From contig OZ024746.1 in the NCBI GenBank assembly GCA_964016885.1, positions 88,226,001 to 88,290,000 of the forward strand: a DNA stretch of 64,000 nt, given 5' to 3'. The notes below the pieces were generated by a model, which saw only the letters and a program-made list of their open reading frames with translations, made no database searches and was not told the DNA's origin. The stretch is from Eledone cirrhosa (lineage: Eukaryota). Shown piece by piece: positions 42,064 through 55,230 of the stretch (position 1 is its first letter; each line of letters starts with the position of its first letter). Made by a program: the position numbers and the translations under genes.

Positions 42064-44983
42064 CACAAAAATACGTTGGAATGCAAAGGTAAACAACAAC
42101 AACAATAATAACGGTAGTAGTAATATAAACAATAACTCTGGGTATAGAAATAACAGCCATAACCATAACAATGGCAGGAAAGTGAGAAATAGTGATAATG
42201 GTAATAATACTAGCGATAGACAGAACAACAACAACCACAATAATAATAATAATAGAAACGTTAACCACAGACACAGCAACAGTGACCACAGTAGTAATAA
42301 CGGTAACAATACGAACAACAACAACAACAATAACCACAGTGGTAATAATGGAAATAGTACATGTAGCAACATCAACAAAAACAAGAAACATAATAATAGT
42401 AACAACCACAATGGTAGAAATAGCAGTAACAACAACAACAATAACGGTGAAGTAAACAACAATACATCTAGCAATCATAACAATAATAATATTAATGCTA
42501 AGGATAGAAACAACAACAACCACCATGATAACAATAATAGCAACACACACAACTATGACGATAGAAATAACGACAACCCCTTAGAGAAACTATTTTTCAA
42601 CCCAGCTGACAAAACATATAAGATGGGTAATATCTATCCTACGAGGTTACCCTTTAATAAAAGAGTTTGCATACCACAACAAATAGATGACGAGACGGAG
42701 GCACAGTTCACCATAGCTAGAAATAAGATTAGACAAGTAGTAGACAGGTACACTATGAGACAGAGCAGACCAGAGGCCCAACAACTTGGGATAAAACCTG
42801 TAGAAGGCTTGGTTAGCCTCAAGCAGCGCACAAGGGATGGTGAGGTAGTGTGTCTACCCACAGATAAGTCTGGTAGGATGTCAATAGATAGCATGCCGAA
42901 CTACATCGAGGCAATGCAACCCCACATCACCAACACGAGCGAAGTTGCACAACTAACACACGATGGGAGAGAAAAAATCCTCAACGCTCACATGATGATG
43001 TGGACTGACATCCTAAAGCCAAGCAGACGCACTGCCAACAACTTCCAGGCGTCTAACAATGGCATACCACCCTTGTATGGGCTCCGCAAAGACCACAAGA
43101 CTGTCGACGACCCGACAATAGGACCACCAACAAGACCTGTATGCGGAGCTAATATAGCTAGCAACTACAGGATCTCCTACTTCCTCTCAATGGTTATACG
43201 CCCCATAATCAAGATGTCCCCAGATGTATGTGAAAGTACAGAGGACCTCCTCAGCAGAATCAGTGAGTGCAACAAAAACAGGAGCCTATCCAACTGCATA
43301 ATAGGCAGCATGGATGTGGTGTCACTGTACCCATCCATTAACATTGATTTTGCTGTGAAAAGATGTGTGGAGATGATCATTGAGAGTGAGGTGGAGTTCT
43401 GCGACGTCGACACAGACGAACTGGGCCTCCTACTTAGACTTACCTACGACACTGACTACCTAGACAGCCATGACCTTAGATGTTTCTGCCCTAGTAGACC
43501 TATAAGAGGTAGACCCCCCACCATAACCTCAATGGCTAAAAAGACTCCCATAGGAAGGTGGATTGGGTGGACCAAAGCTATACGGACCCCCCAAAACACT
43601 GATCAGGTAAGAAAAATGGTCGCACATGCAATAGGGGCTAGTATCAAAACTACCCTAAAGGGCCACATATTTAAGTTCAATGAGAAAGTCTACACCCAAA
43701 ATGAGGGAGCAGCCATCGGCGTCAGCATAGCTGGCGATGTTGCCAACCTTTTCATGGTATGGTGGGAAAGGAGACTTAAAGATCTCCTTAATGAAAGCTC
43801 CATAGACCTCATCATGTACTCTCGTTATGTAGACGATATCAATATAGTTATAAGAACACCCCCACTAGAGAGCACTAACAAGTTTGATTTAGAACGTAGC
43901 ACGATGGAAAGCATCCAGCAGATAGCTAATTCCATACACCAGAGTATAACTGTAACTATAGACTTCCCTTCCAAACACCCTAACAATAGACTACCTGTAT
44001 TAGACACAGAACTCTGGATCAACACTATAGACGAGAGAGCCCAAATTCTCCACTCACACTATGCTAAACCCATGGCCTCCAAATACCTGATACTCAAAAA
44101 CTCAGCAATGTCCAGTAGTGCTAAGTTTAATATTCTGATCGCAGATTTGGTACGAGTGATGAAGAATGTGTCCAGCATGTGCGACCCAACAGAAATGGAA
44201 GGACACATCCAACACTTCATCAACCGCATGCAGTTCTCTGGCTACAACCAAAGAGACAGAGTCAGAGTATACGAAGGAGCCATGGAAAAGTATAAGACCC
44301 TCATAGAACTGGACATGAAAGGAATTTGCCCACTATACAGGAGCAAATCATGGAATAGCTTAGATAGGGCTAGACATAAGATAGGGAAGGCCACATCATG
44401 GTACGACAACCAGAGATATCAGAGTGTCATGTTTGTGGACGCCACCCCTGGAGGGAAATTAGCTAACCAGTGTAGAAAGGCCCTGAGAAAGACCCACTTA
44501 AAAATAAAGGTGGTAGAAAAGCCAGGAACCACCATAAAATCCCTGATCAGCAAAACCTACCCTTTTAAGAAAACCCACTGTACCAATAGGTAATGTATCA
44601 TATGTAAGGTGAACCCCCGGATAAACTGTAAAACTAGAAACGTAGTCTATAGCATAAGATGTACAGAGGGTACTTGCAGAAACACGACAACAACATACAT
44701 AGGTGAGACAGCTCGTAGCATAGGTGAAAGGATAGACCAACACTGGGGGGAACTAAAAGGACGAAAAAACGGGTCAGTACTATACGAACATGCTAGACAA
44801 CATCATGACGGTAACATAGACAACATAGAAATTAGAATAATATCTAAACATAGGAATGACCCAGCAGATAGGCAAATCAGAGAGGCCAGTGAAATAGAAA
44901 TTAGAAGACCAAAGCTAAACAGAAAGAATGAGTGGAACAACAACAACACCCAAACAAACAACACTGACCTAAGAGAAGTATAA
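42064..44983 (+). CDS. PLE polyprotein: Asn-rich region, RT, Cys linker and GIY-YIG; 5'-truncated, one in-frame TAA at 44591
   Basis: TDKSG, GSMDVVSLYPSI, GAAIGVSIAGDVANLFM, YSRYVDD, CTNR*CIIC..C, VVYSIRC..YIGETARSIGERIDQH..REA..LN. ORFs 41960-44593 and 44609-44983 are in the same frame. Confidence 0.93.
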
Positions 44984-45253
44984 ATAAATAAGTAAATTGA
45001 ATTAAATAAAATAAGATAAATAAATACATACACAAGCACATAAACACACACTAGTCACCCAGCAGACACAACACTATACACACTAGTCACACATCACACA
45101 TAACACTATACACACACGCAAACGCATGCGCAAAGAAGACAAAATAAAATAAGATAAACAAACAAGCAAATAAATAAATAAATATATAGACAGACTGAAC
45201 AAAAAAAAAAAATGGCGTAGACATACAACACAACAGGAGGAACAATGAATATA

Positions 45254-45296
45254 ACACCACTGACGATGTTGCAGATGTGCAACGAAAGATTTATGT
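45254..45296 (+). ncRNA. Hammerhead motif in pLTR with weak stem I (mirror copy at 41924-41966 on the minus strand)
   Basis: ACACCA CTGACGA T GTTGCA GATG TGCAAC GAAA GATT TA TGT. Core and stem II are perfect; stem I has only 2 contiguous pairs. Confidence 0.65.
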
Positions 45297-45532
45297 AAAC
45301 TATATATATATGTGTTTGTCTATATTGTATCTGTATTATTTTTGACCACCGGTCAGTCAATGGCAACATTGAGGACCGAGTAAGTTAGATCGCAGATATA
45401 TATATATAAAAGACAGCGAGAAGCGAAAACCAACCAAACAGTGAGTGTGTTCTGTTATTAATTCTGGCAATATTACGCAAATATGACCCTCCCCAAATAT
45501 AACTATATATATATATATATATATATAAATTA

Positions 45533-47600
45533 ATTATTAAAATAACAGATTAAAGTTTAAGCAAAGAATCGCTGCTTTCACCCTTAACGGGATCTTCTGA
45601 ATCTAAACAAGTTAATCGGTGAACGCAGAAGCAAATATTTCAAAAGACGTTGCAACAGGAGGAAGACAGGAAGACGATACTTTGCTTCGTGGAAACGTTC
45701 CCTGGCAATGAAAGGAAAAAGAACGAAGATAATACGTAATTATTTGGAGCAGTGAATTGGCAGTATCGGTAGAGGGTCGGACGCCATGCTTTTCTAGCAT
45801 AGTTACGTCCCTTTACAGTCTGAGTTCAAATCCCGCCGAGGTTAACTTTGCCTTTCATCCTTACGGGGTCGATAAAATAAAGTACCAGTAATGCACTGCG
45901 TAATTGCTGGCCTTGTGCCTAAAGTAGAAACAATTATTTGGAGCGATGAAAATAATTACACGCAATGACAAAACCACGTTTGTGGTATAAATGAAGTCGT
46001 AGATTAATATTCTATTAGGTGGTTCAAGGAGACGTTCTCTGGCAATCAACGGAAAAAACGCAAAGACAAAACCACGTAAATGCTATAACCGAAGTCGTAG
46101 ACTAAAATTCTAAGTTGGAAACCGAATTCAGAGTTAAGAACAAAGTAAATAAAATACAGAGGTAATTGAAATTAAATAAATACATACACGCATCCATATA
46201 GTACATACATAAGCAGACGCGAAACACACGTCATAGGTATGTCCGCAGGCGTACGCCGACCAAAACACAAAGTACACATATACACACACCCTACATACGT
46301 ACCAACCCGCGTACTCGCACAGACGCAAAACGCGCGTATACACATAACCAAACGCACATGTACCAGAATATATATTATATACACCGTAACATATACAGGC
46401 AAATATGCGTTCGAGAAAGTATACGTACCTTCACAAAACATACATGTAATATATACTTACCTATACAAATAAATAAGGTATAAACATAACATATACTTAG
46501 CTAACACATCAAGACGTAAAATATCCGCGTATAGTTCGTACTATACGTTAGGGTATAATGTGGGGCTGAAATACAGAAAGGTTTTGTGCAATTTATGTTT
46601 ACAAGCCGAAATTACCTCAGATTCTTTGTTTAAGATGTGGTCTTTGACGTAAGGTATTTCCAGGGCCTCATCAGCGCAGAGGTCACATGGTATTTTATTT
46701 CCGTTATACGATCTATCCCTAGCTAGGATCTCCCAGTGTTATTTATAGTGTGTGTGGTTGTCTTTTAGACTCCAGATATCAGCTGAAAGGGTTCAGAAAA
46801 GAATGGGTATGCATGTAAAGACGCTGCTTGGATCTATTGGCGGTTAACACTATGTAGGCCCTACGGGACGTGGGTGTTTCAAGCAACATTTGTAGACAAT
46901 ATTACTAGAGAAGCATTTCCCGCATAGGGGGCAGTAAACCCGATTCCTACAATTACAGTTATTACTAGCTACAGGATTGCACGTGTTCCTACGGCTAGAT
47001 AGTTTAGCTATATTTGAAGCTGTGATGTTACGTGCAAGGTTAGGAGTCGTAGAGTAAGACATTTTAATGCTATTTCTATTAAGCATTTTACTATATTTAA
47101 ATGCTTCATAATAAAGGAGAGAAAGATCTTAGCTAATGGTGTGGTCACCTCCATATTATATGGTGGGTTATACCATTAAATGCGTAGGGATTTATTTTTC
47201 ATAGGTCTATTCTCGTACTCTGTATATGCTACCTTATCGACGAATCCACACCGAGCAAGAGCTTCATTGTAATATCTGGAATGGTCGTTGAAATCATATT
47301 CGTTAGTAGATAGACGGAAAAATCATCAAATAAACGTTTCTTACCAGGTTCTTGGTTATGCTGGCAGGATGGTTGAGAATGCTTACTTATATAATTAAGC
47401 GTATCATTCGGCTTTCTATACGGATAGGGCAAGCTATTCGACAAATTGAGGGTAACGTCGAGGTAATTACCGACCGAGAGGTTGGCCTGAACCTGTATGG
47501 AGAGGTTGCCTTAAAGAAGCTGTGAGTTCTTTTCTGAACCTGTCGCAAGCACGTGGGCCGCACTTTGTCGTAGTAACTGTAAGATATTGACAGAGTTGTA
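45533..47600 (-). mobile_element. Decayed Penelope/Poseidon-type PLE (RT end, GIY-YIG and ~1-kb 3' UTR)
   Basis: PYRKPNDTLNYISKHS, IKMSYSTTPNL..CNCRNRVYCPLCGKCFSSNIVYKC and CDLC..E..LNK.SE.ISACKHK. A degenerate hammerhead-like motif (CAGAAGA TCCCGTTAAGGGT GAAA) lies near 45580. Confidence 0.85.
45751..45931 (+). mobile_element. tRNA-derived SINE (MetaSINE/MESC-like core) with 13-bp TSD, nested in a PLE UTR
   Basis: A box TGGCAGTATCGG, B box GAGTTCAAATCC, core gcctttcatccttacggggtcgataaaataaagtaccag. TSD aattatttggagc at 45738-45750 and 45932-45944. Confidence 0.9.
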
Positions 47601-48125
47601 TTACGCAGATGATTTGGCATTATTAGGGAACAAATTTGGAACAAATCAAAATTGCAACTCAGAAGAATCTGCATTAAAATTTGAACCCAGAATTAACAGT
47701 GAAAAGAACAGAGTGGTGCACCATACGGAGCACATATCCGGGAAAGTGAACATTGAAACACAGTAAATAGAATAGGTCAACCCAATAACCTATTTCAGTA
47801 GCATATTCTTCATGTAAGGCGTCAATGAGCTTAATGTAAACTACAGAAATGGAAAGACATCATGCGTGTTTCAGCGCATGAGAAATATTTGGTCCCCCCA
47901 TATAAATTCCACACCCATCAATCTGCAGCTCTTCAACACCATTATAATCAATGCCATATATGCTAACGAAACCTGGAAAATGACTGCGAGAATTCTAAAG
48001 AGGCTCAAATATTTCTTACAGATTTGTTTCAGAAAAATACAGAAAATGATGTATGAAGACCGGATTACAAATGTAGAGGATAGGGGTTGAATGAAGGTAA
48101 ACAGCCTTCTAACTGATAATATCGC
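47600..48125 (+). pseudogene. RTE-type LINE RT remnant
   Basis: YADD-like tacgcagatgat at ~47602 and LQLFNTII..IYANETWKMT..L..F...CFRKI. Confidence 0.7.
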
Positions 48126-48167
48126 ACCGAAATGCGGCATATATATATATATATATATATGTATATA

Positions 48168-49190
48168 TCATCATCTACACTAATGACATTACTGTCATCA
48201 GCAAGCACAGCAACGTAAGAATCTTCGCCGATGATTCCAGGCTCTAAAGGGTCATCAATCAGGTGGGTGACCGGACTTGCCTTCAGTCAGACATACTGGC
48301 TGTTATCCAATCGGCAAAAATGAATAATATGCTGTTGAGTGAGGATAGGTTTTTGAATTAATCCACTTTGGAAAACATTATGCCCTGAAACTACAATAAC
48401 CTTTTCCTTCGGGTGAAACTCTGGTGGCATCCAAGAACATCAGAGACCTGGGAGTAATTGTGGACAACAACATAAGCTGGGCCACTCATATAAACCGCAA
48501 AGTTGATATGGCCCGCAGAATGTGTTCCTGGATTCTCAGAACTTTCCACTCGAGATATATCCACACTGCTATCCTTCTCTTCTCCACTTTTGCACGACCC
48601 CACCTTGAAGACTGTTGTCCACTGTGATCTCCCCATACTAAACAAAGTATCATGAAAGTCGAAGTACCCCAAAGGTCAATTAAAAAAAATATAGATGGCG
48701 TGACAGGCCTTGACTATGGGAGTCGATTAGAAACGCTCAACCTTTATTCTCTCCAACATCGCCGTGAACGCTACATTATCTGTATGATGTGGAAAATATT
48801 CCATCAGCTTTGCCCAAATGATGTTGGCATCACCTTTATTGTACACCGCACTATGCTATCCGCCCACGACAAAGATCTCACTCGCATCTCGTAAAAACAA
48901 TACGGCACAATTATTTCACCTCACTTGGTCCTGCACTATTTAACGTTACACGAAATTACATCAAAGCAGAAACAGAGCCCATCAAGTTAAAGAAGTCATT
49001 GGACAAATTCCTTCAAGAAATTCCACCTAAGCCTCCTACATCGGGATATGCCTCCGTAAACAATAACTCTCTGCTCGAGTGGGCCATGGTGACCAAACAC
49101 TGATGTGTAAGACTTCGCCAGGTGTTGCTATTAAGTTAGACATGGTCTGGGCCAATACTGGTCGAAACCTATCAAAATTATCAAAGTTAT
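48168..49190 (+). pseudogene. CR1-type LINE RT 3' portion
   Basis: IYTNDI..VRIFADDS, IRDLGVIVDNNISWATHI, RPHLEDCCPL, RLETLNLYSLQHRRER, and a short tandem tail atcaaaatt/atcaaagtt. Confidence 0.85.
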
Positions 49191-49244
49191 ATATATATAT
49201 ATATATGTATACATATATATTATATATATATATATATATATATC

Positions 49245-49288
<44 letters not shown>

Positions 49289-49291
49289 ATC

Positions 49292-49359
<68 letters not shown>

Positions 49360-49757
49360 CTGCTTGACCGGCAACCGCTCAGTAAAATCAGTTCCTGATT
49401 ATTTACTAGAATTCTATGAGAACCAAATATCCATGATTTCAGCAGATACTACCCTACTATACTACCCTAATTATTGAGTACTCTGATGTGTTACGGTCCA
49501 TCTGGTTCCTTACCACATTTCCTTTGTTTTATATATATATAAATATGCACATGTATGTTGATATCGGACGAGAGTAAAGAGTACTCAATGTTGAAGTAAA
49601 GTTTAACTATTCCGTTACTATTTCTAATTGGTAGAGTCTAAACAGGGTAATCACAGATGATTGTCTTTAGCCATAACGAAACAATTTGGTTACAAAATAC
49701 CACACACTGACCCCCAACTCAAACACACACACACACACACACACTCACACACACACA

Positions 49758-49802
<45 letters not shown>

Positions 49803-49809
<7 letters not shown>

Positions 49810-50586
49810 TATGTACACGTACATACATATATGTATACCGACGTACAGTAGTATGTATATATATATATATACATACATGCACACATATATATATGCACGT
49901 ATGGATTCACCGAACATTTATTATAATGCTCGGTGTGTTTATAAACAAACATCCCGTATTAAGCCGTAGTGTCTAGCATTTATTATAATAAATATTCGGT
50001 GAATCCATACGTGCATATATATATATGTGCATGTATGTATATATATATATATACATACTACTGTACGTCGGTATACATATATGTATGTACGTGTACATAC
50101 TTATATTTAAGTAACAGCCGTACTAAGAGTGGGAAATGAAATATCGTTTCATTTTTTCCGTTTATCGTTTTCGGTGCACCCGTCCGATTAACCCACTCGA
50201 TATGCAAATTGGGCTACTCAGCCGTTAATATGCATAAGGTAAGTATATACGTTCAACAATCTGGCAGGAAGGTATACGTTGCTGACGATAGCTAACAAGC
50301 TTGAAACTAGTACAGCGTTCCTTTGTCAGTGTTGAACAAACGAGCAACGGTGGTTGCTAGACACTACGGCTTAATACGGGATGTTTGTTTACAAACACAC
50401 CGAGCATTATAATAAATGTTCGGTGAATCCATACGTGCATATATATATGTGTGCATGTATGTATATATATATATACATGCTACTGTACGTCGGTATACAT
50501 ATATGTATGTACGTGTACATACTTATATTTAAGTAACAGCCGTACTAAGTGTGGGAAATGAAATATCGTTTCATTTTTTCCGTTTA
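49803..50586 (+). mobile_element. Family F1 element: 1.4 tandem ~424-bp units plus inverted 5' arm
   Basis: 49983-50165 repeats at 50407-50586; 49805-49978 is inverted; hammerhead at 50276; TA flanks. Confidence 0.9.
50276..50318 (+). ncRNA. Minimal type I hammerhead ribozyme (F1 variant)
   Basis: ACGTTG CTGACGA TAGCTAACAAGCTT GAAA CTAG TA CAGCGT. Stem I shows a G-U to U-G swap relative to the other copies. Confidence 0.88.
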
Positions 50587-50604
50587 TATCTATATATATA
50601 TATG

Positions 50605-51070
50605 TAAAAGGTAAACCGAAATAACAGCACAATCGGTACAGTATATGGAAGGGATATATTAGGTTAACGCTTGATATAGCAAGAAGGGGTTCTTAACGTT
50701 TCGGACGCTAGTCTATCATCACAAGTACGAATGAGAAATAAGATAGATTTAGGGGACGATTGGGTTGTAATTGGGAAAAATGTCTATAGATAGAAAATAT
50801 TTGAGATTGGGCAGAGTATTTTGGGTCCAGGAACAATGGAAAAAAATGCCCTAATATTCATCCATATATTGTTCTGCCACCTTTTCATAAGTAAGGGTTG
50901 TGTCTGTTCTGTTTCCTGAATTCTATTCTGTTAATTAGCAATATGAAGATTGATGTGGTGTACTAGCAGAGACAGCTGGATGGCCGTACATCATGGGCAA
51001 ATATCATCAAGTATATTTATTTGGGAAAAGGCTCGTGTAAGATGGTGTTCTGAAGCGTTCACCACTTAAG
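50605..51070 (-). mobile_element. Decayed PLE 3' end with degenerate hammerhead (50692-50725)
   Basis: Minus strand CTT GTGATGA TAGACTAGCGTCC GAAA CG TT AAG. A related motif lies at 63571-63600(+). Confidence 0.5.
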
Positions 51071-51369
51071 CGGGATTCAAGGGCAGTGTCTGCAAAAATT
51101 CAAAATGAATTTCTGTGGAATGTATGTTACCAATTTTGAGTAAAATGTGAGAATGTGCTGCCGCTTCACACTCTGTCTTAAATTTGCAATGGCTATGACT
51201 TATATTGCAAGTCAGCTAGTGGACTGACAAGGCATGGTAGAATGCGTATAGTCACACACATGACGCTGTAGTCAGGAGACAAAGTTATATAGTAATATGC
51301 GTGAACGTGACTGCAAAACAAAAGCGAGTTGGTACTAAAATGTTCAATGCAGAGTTGGCACTCGTCATA

Positions 51370-51405
<36 letters not shown>

Positions 51406-51564
51406 TAGTAAAGTTGTATGCCAATGTTACTAAGTAGTTGCATTGGATGGAGTCAACCGACGTCAGAGATTGCTCAACGTATAATAAAGTGTGTTTTAAA
51501 ATCCGGAGAAAATATGGAGAAGAAGTAATAAATTATGTATACTCGCATTTCCGTTTCATAAACT

Positions 51565-51629
<65 letters not shown>

Positions 51630-52658
51630 ATGTATGTGTTTTTATATCTGTGTTTTTACATCTATGTGTTTTACATTCTTATTTTTATGTGTGTGCGTGT
51701 AAGCGGGTCAATGTACGTGAATATGTATGTGTGTATGTGTGTATATATGTATTGTATGTATGGGTGTGTATGTATGTGTGTATGTTTGTGTGTAAGTGTG
51801 CGATATGTATGTATATATATACGTGCATCCTGTGTATGTATGTACGCATGCATACGCTTTTGTCTGTACGTATTGCGTGTATATATATTTGTTAATAGAT
51901 ATATGTTTTTATAGATATATGTGTATGTACGCGTGTACCTTGTTTCTTTTGTTTTGTTTTCTTTTCTTTTCTTTTCTTTTCTTTATTAATTGACTACTTT
52001 CTCTTTCATTTAAAAATGTGTTCTTTCTCATATATTGTTTCATTTTTATACATATATCGAGAATGATACTTTCTTTTAACTATTACACTCCCTTCCCTCT
52101 TTTTCTTCCGCATATAAATGATCGCGCGTGTGTGTGTGTTTATACGCGTGCTTTCATACTCATATGTGTATCTAATACCTGTTTCTGGATATGTGTCAAC
52201 TAGATTATCATTTTCATTTTTATATCCGTATTTGTGGTTACATATACACAAATATACTTGCCCTCATATGTGTACTTACGCACACATTTTCACCATACAC
52301 ACGCATTTGTACATACATATGTACATTTGTGAGTGTATATACATACATATGCACACACCTAACTATATTTCCTTATATGTGTTTATATATTTTATATATC
52401 TATTGCATGACTTTTATTTATATATATATATATTTTTTTTGCATTTCTTGAGGAGACTTTCCAAATATTTCACTATGTTTTATATTGCCTTGTCCGACGT
52501 ACGAATGAGGACGTTTCTTTCGTATTCGTCTTATTCGGGAAACCTCTGGTAATGAGGTAATTATATTGTATTGTTTATTATACATTAAATTTTGCTCTAG
52601 TACTTACATAGAGCACTCTTCACTCCTATGACTTTTTCAATTTTCAACGGAGACTTCA

Positions 52659-52695
<37 letters not shown>

Positions 52696-52724
52696 GAGAG
52701 AGAGAGAGGGTGAGAGAGAGAGTA

Positions 52725-52909
52725 GAAAGTATGACACCGACGGCAGAGATCAAGCCGTTTCGACTGCTATTTCTGGACGGCCAATTCCGTCGAAACGGGT
52801 TGAGCTCTGCCGTCGGGGTCATACTTTCTTCTATTACCCACTCTACTACACTAAGTATTGAGTACTCTGGTGCGTTATGGTCCATTTGGTTCCTTACCAC
52901 AACTCCTCT

Positions 52910-52910
<1 letters not shown>
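52725..52910 (+). mobile_element. Family F2 element with 5' inversion
   Basis: Opposite orientation to 6131; palindrome centred near 52778. Confidence 0.8.
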
Positions 52911-52997
<87 letters not shown>

Positions 52998-54062
52998 GAT
53001 ATAGATGTGTATGTGCGGATATAGATATTTATGGATATGTATGTATATGATTATGTGCATACGTGTAAATGTGTATTTAGGTTTGCATCTATGTATGCGT
53101 ATGTATATTCTCGATTGGATATCAATATAACTGCACCTCTCTCTATATGTGGTGTGAATATATGCACTTTGTAATCTATGGAATTTATGTGTTTTAACTA
53201 TGCCAAAAAGTATTTATCTGTGTTTGATTATTTATACATAAACATACTTGATGGTATTTTAGAGCGTATCATATGCTATATTATGCTAAGTGCAATTTAC
53301 TATACCGTACTATATTGTGTTGGTTAAGATGTATATTATCGCATTACTGTATTTCATTATCTTATTATATTATATCATCATCTTATTATAATTTTCATAT
53401 TTTAATGTACTATTCTTCCTAGCCATAACCTTAATTTATATTCACCTTAAAACTCAATACAACACTAATCACCATTTATTTTGACTTTCCTTTAAAATTC
53501 ACATTACCAGATACATTCAACTATCAGTTTGACAATCCCTTTCCTCCTAATAGATTGTTATGCCAATTCTACTATTAACACCCTTTCAAAGGGTCATGAC
53601 CTCAACTAAAGTGTATTACTTTTCATCTTAACACCATATGAAAACATTTGATTCGTTAGTTCTTCAACGGCCTCCAAATAAGGACATAATACTAACATAC
53701 TACTAATTCTGAATAACATTATTATTGAACAACATTATTATTGCTTTTGAAAACAGCTGATGATATGCATGTAAGTAAATATTCTCTTTATTTGATAGTT
53801 TGTACCTAACATTACATAGATCAATAACTGTGTAGATACAATGTATTATCATCATCTAGAAACGATCGTAAAGCAGTGAAATATATCTCTAATGACTTGA
53901 TTTTTCATTTCATTGTTTTAACTTATATATATATATTTATATATGTATATATATATATTTGAGGGCGACTGGCCTAGGTGAAGACAGCTAGTTGGTCAGT
54001 CGTCCTCTCTGTCTCTGATTTTCGGACCCGTGGTTTTTACATATTGCTTTGTTATGTTTCAA

Positions 54063-54120
54063 ATACCTGATGATATCACCGGATTCATATGGAACTCGGT
54101 CATTGAAATGATCATAGTAT
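54063..54120 (+). ncRNA. Type I hammerhead ribozyme
   Basis: ATAC CTGATGA TATCACCGG..CTCGGTCATT GAAA TGATCA TA GTAT. Sits in a ~200-bp segment (53958-54160) bounded by TA. Confidence 0.75.
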
Positions 54121-54159
54121 AATAAACGTTTCAAGGATTTAGACCAGTCCAGCCTCCTG

Positions 54160-54234
<75 letters not shown>

Positions 54235-54272
54235 TATAGATATGTGTGTGTGTGTGTGTATATATATGTATA

Positions 54273-54342
<70 letters not shown>

Positions 54343-54406
54343 ACGGAGGAGTTGTGGTAAGGAACCAGATGGACCACAACGCGCCAGATATATATACATA
54401 CATATG

Positions 54407-54611
54407 CAGGGTGTTTAATTTAATATCGTTTGAGATGTAAATATCCCAGAAACTACAAGGTCTACGACAACGAAACTGGCAGGCTCCGTGTTGGGTAAGA
54501 CAAAATGTATTCCTCGAAACATGTCCACGTTATAACATTAATTCACAATATATATTTCAACGTGACAACCTTGGGAAGAGCCCATTGATATCAAATTGTT
54601 TGAAGCACCCT
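54407..54611. mobile_element. Degenerate mariner-type MITE
   Basis: CAGGGTGTTTAA...TTGAAGCACCCT imperfect TIRs in TA context. Confidence 0.55.
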
Positions 54612-54678
54612 ATATATATATATATATGTGTGTGTATATTTGTTAACATACAGATACGTACACATACACACACACATA

Positions 54679-54773
<95 letters not shown>

Positions 54774-55230
54774 TGTATAATACATTAGTCATGGCAATAG
54801 ATATTATGTATGCCTACCTTTTTTATGTGAATATGTAATATAATAAACTAATATATAAATAATGTACTGCATATATATATTCATTGAAGTATTAAATAAA
54901 CAGGAAGCAAATTGTGTATTAAATCCTTTCATACAGATTCATTTTTTAATGGCTTTAAGCATGAATTACTTCATGCATACAAGTTACATATGGAATTGTA
55001 GACTACATAACTGTTATAGTTAATATAGGAAATATTAGTATTTTATGGAATTATTCTCAATACATTACGTAACGTGCAGCATCACAGTAACATAAATGCA
55101 TTCTAGCTTTTTAATGCTTTCTTTCCTATCACCGTGAATTATTTGAACGACTGAATATAAGTGTGTTTAGAGTTACAGTAACAAAATATATGGTAGACAT
55201 ATCTGAATGCACAGATATATATATATATAT

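Larger units (their letters stand above)
41671..45503 (+). mobile_element. Young Penelope-like retroelement (tentatively Naiad-like) with inverted pLTRs
   Basis: RT + GIY-YIG ORF. 41717-42056 is the reverse complement of 45164-45503 (340 bp, one mismatch seen). Inserted in (TA)n. Confidence 0.96.

Noticed and set aside
42055-42550. Leu/Val-rich antisense and Thr-rich alternative-frame ORFs
   Set aside because: Shadows of the AAC/AAT tract.
44591-44593. Selenocysteine or programmed readthrough in the PLE ORF
   Set aside because: The codon is TAA, not TGA, and aligns with Lys (AAA) in the sister copy. A point mutation or base error is simpler.
41717-45503. DNA transposon with 340-bp TIRs
   Set aside because: The element encodes RT + GIY-YIG and no transposase. 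The arms are 3' pLTR sequence of unequal length.
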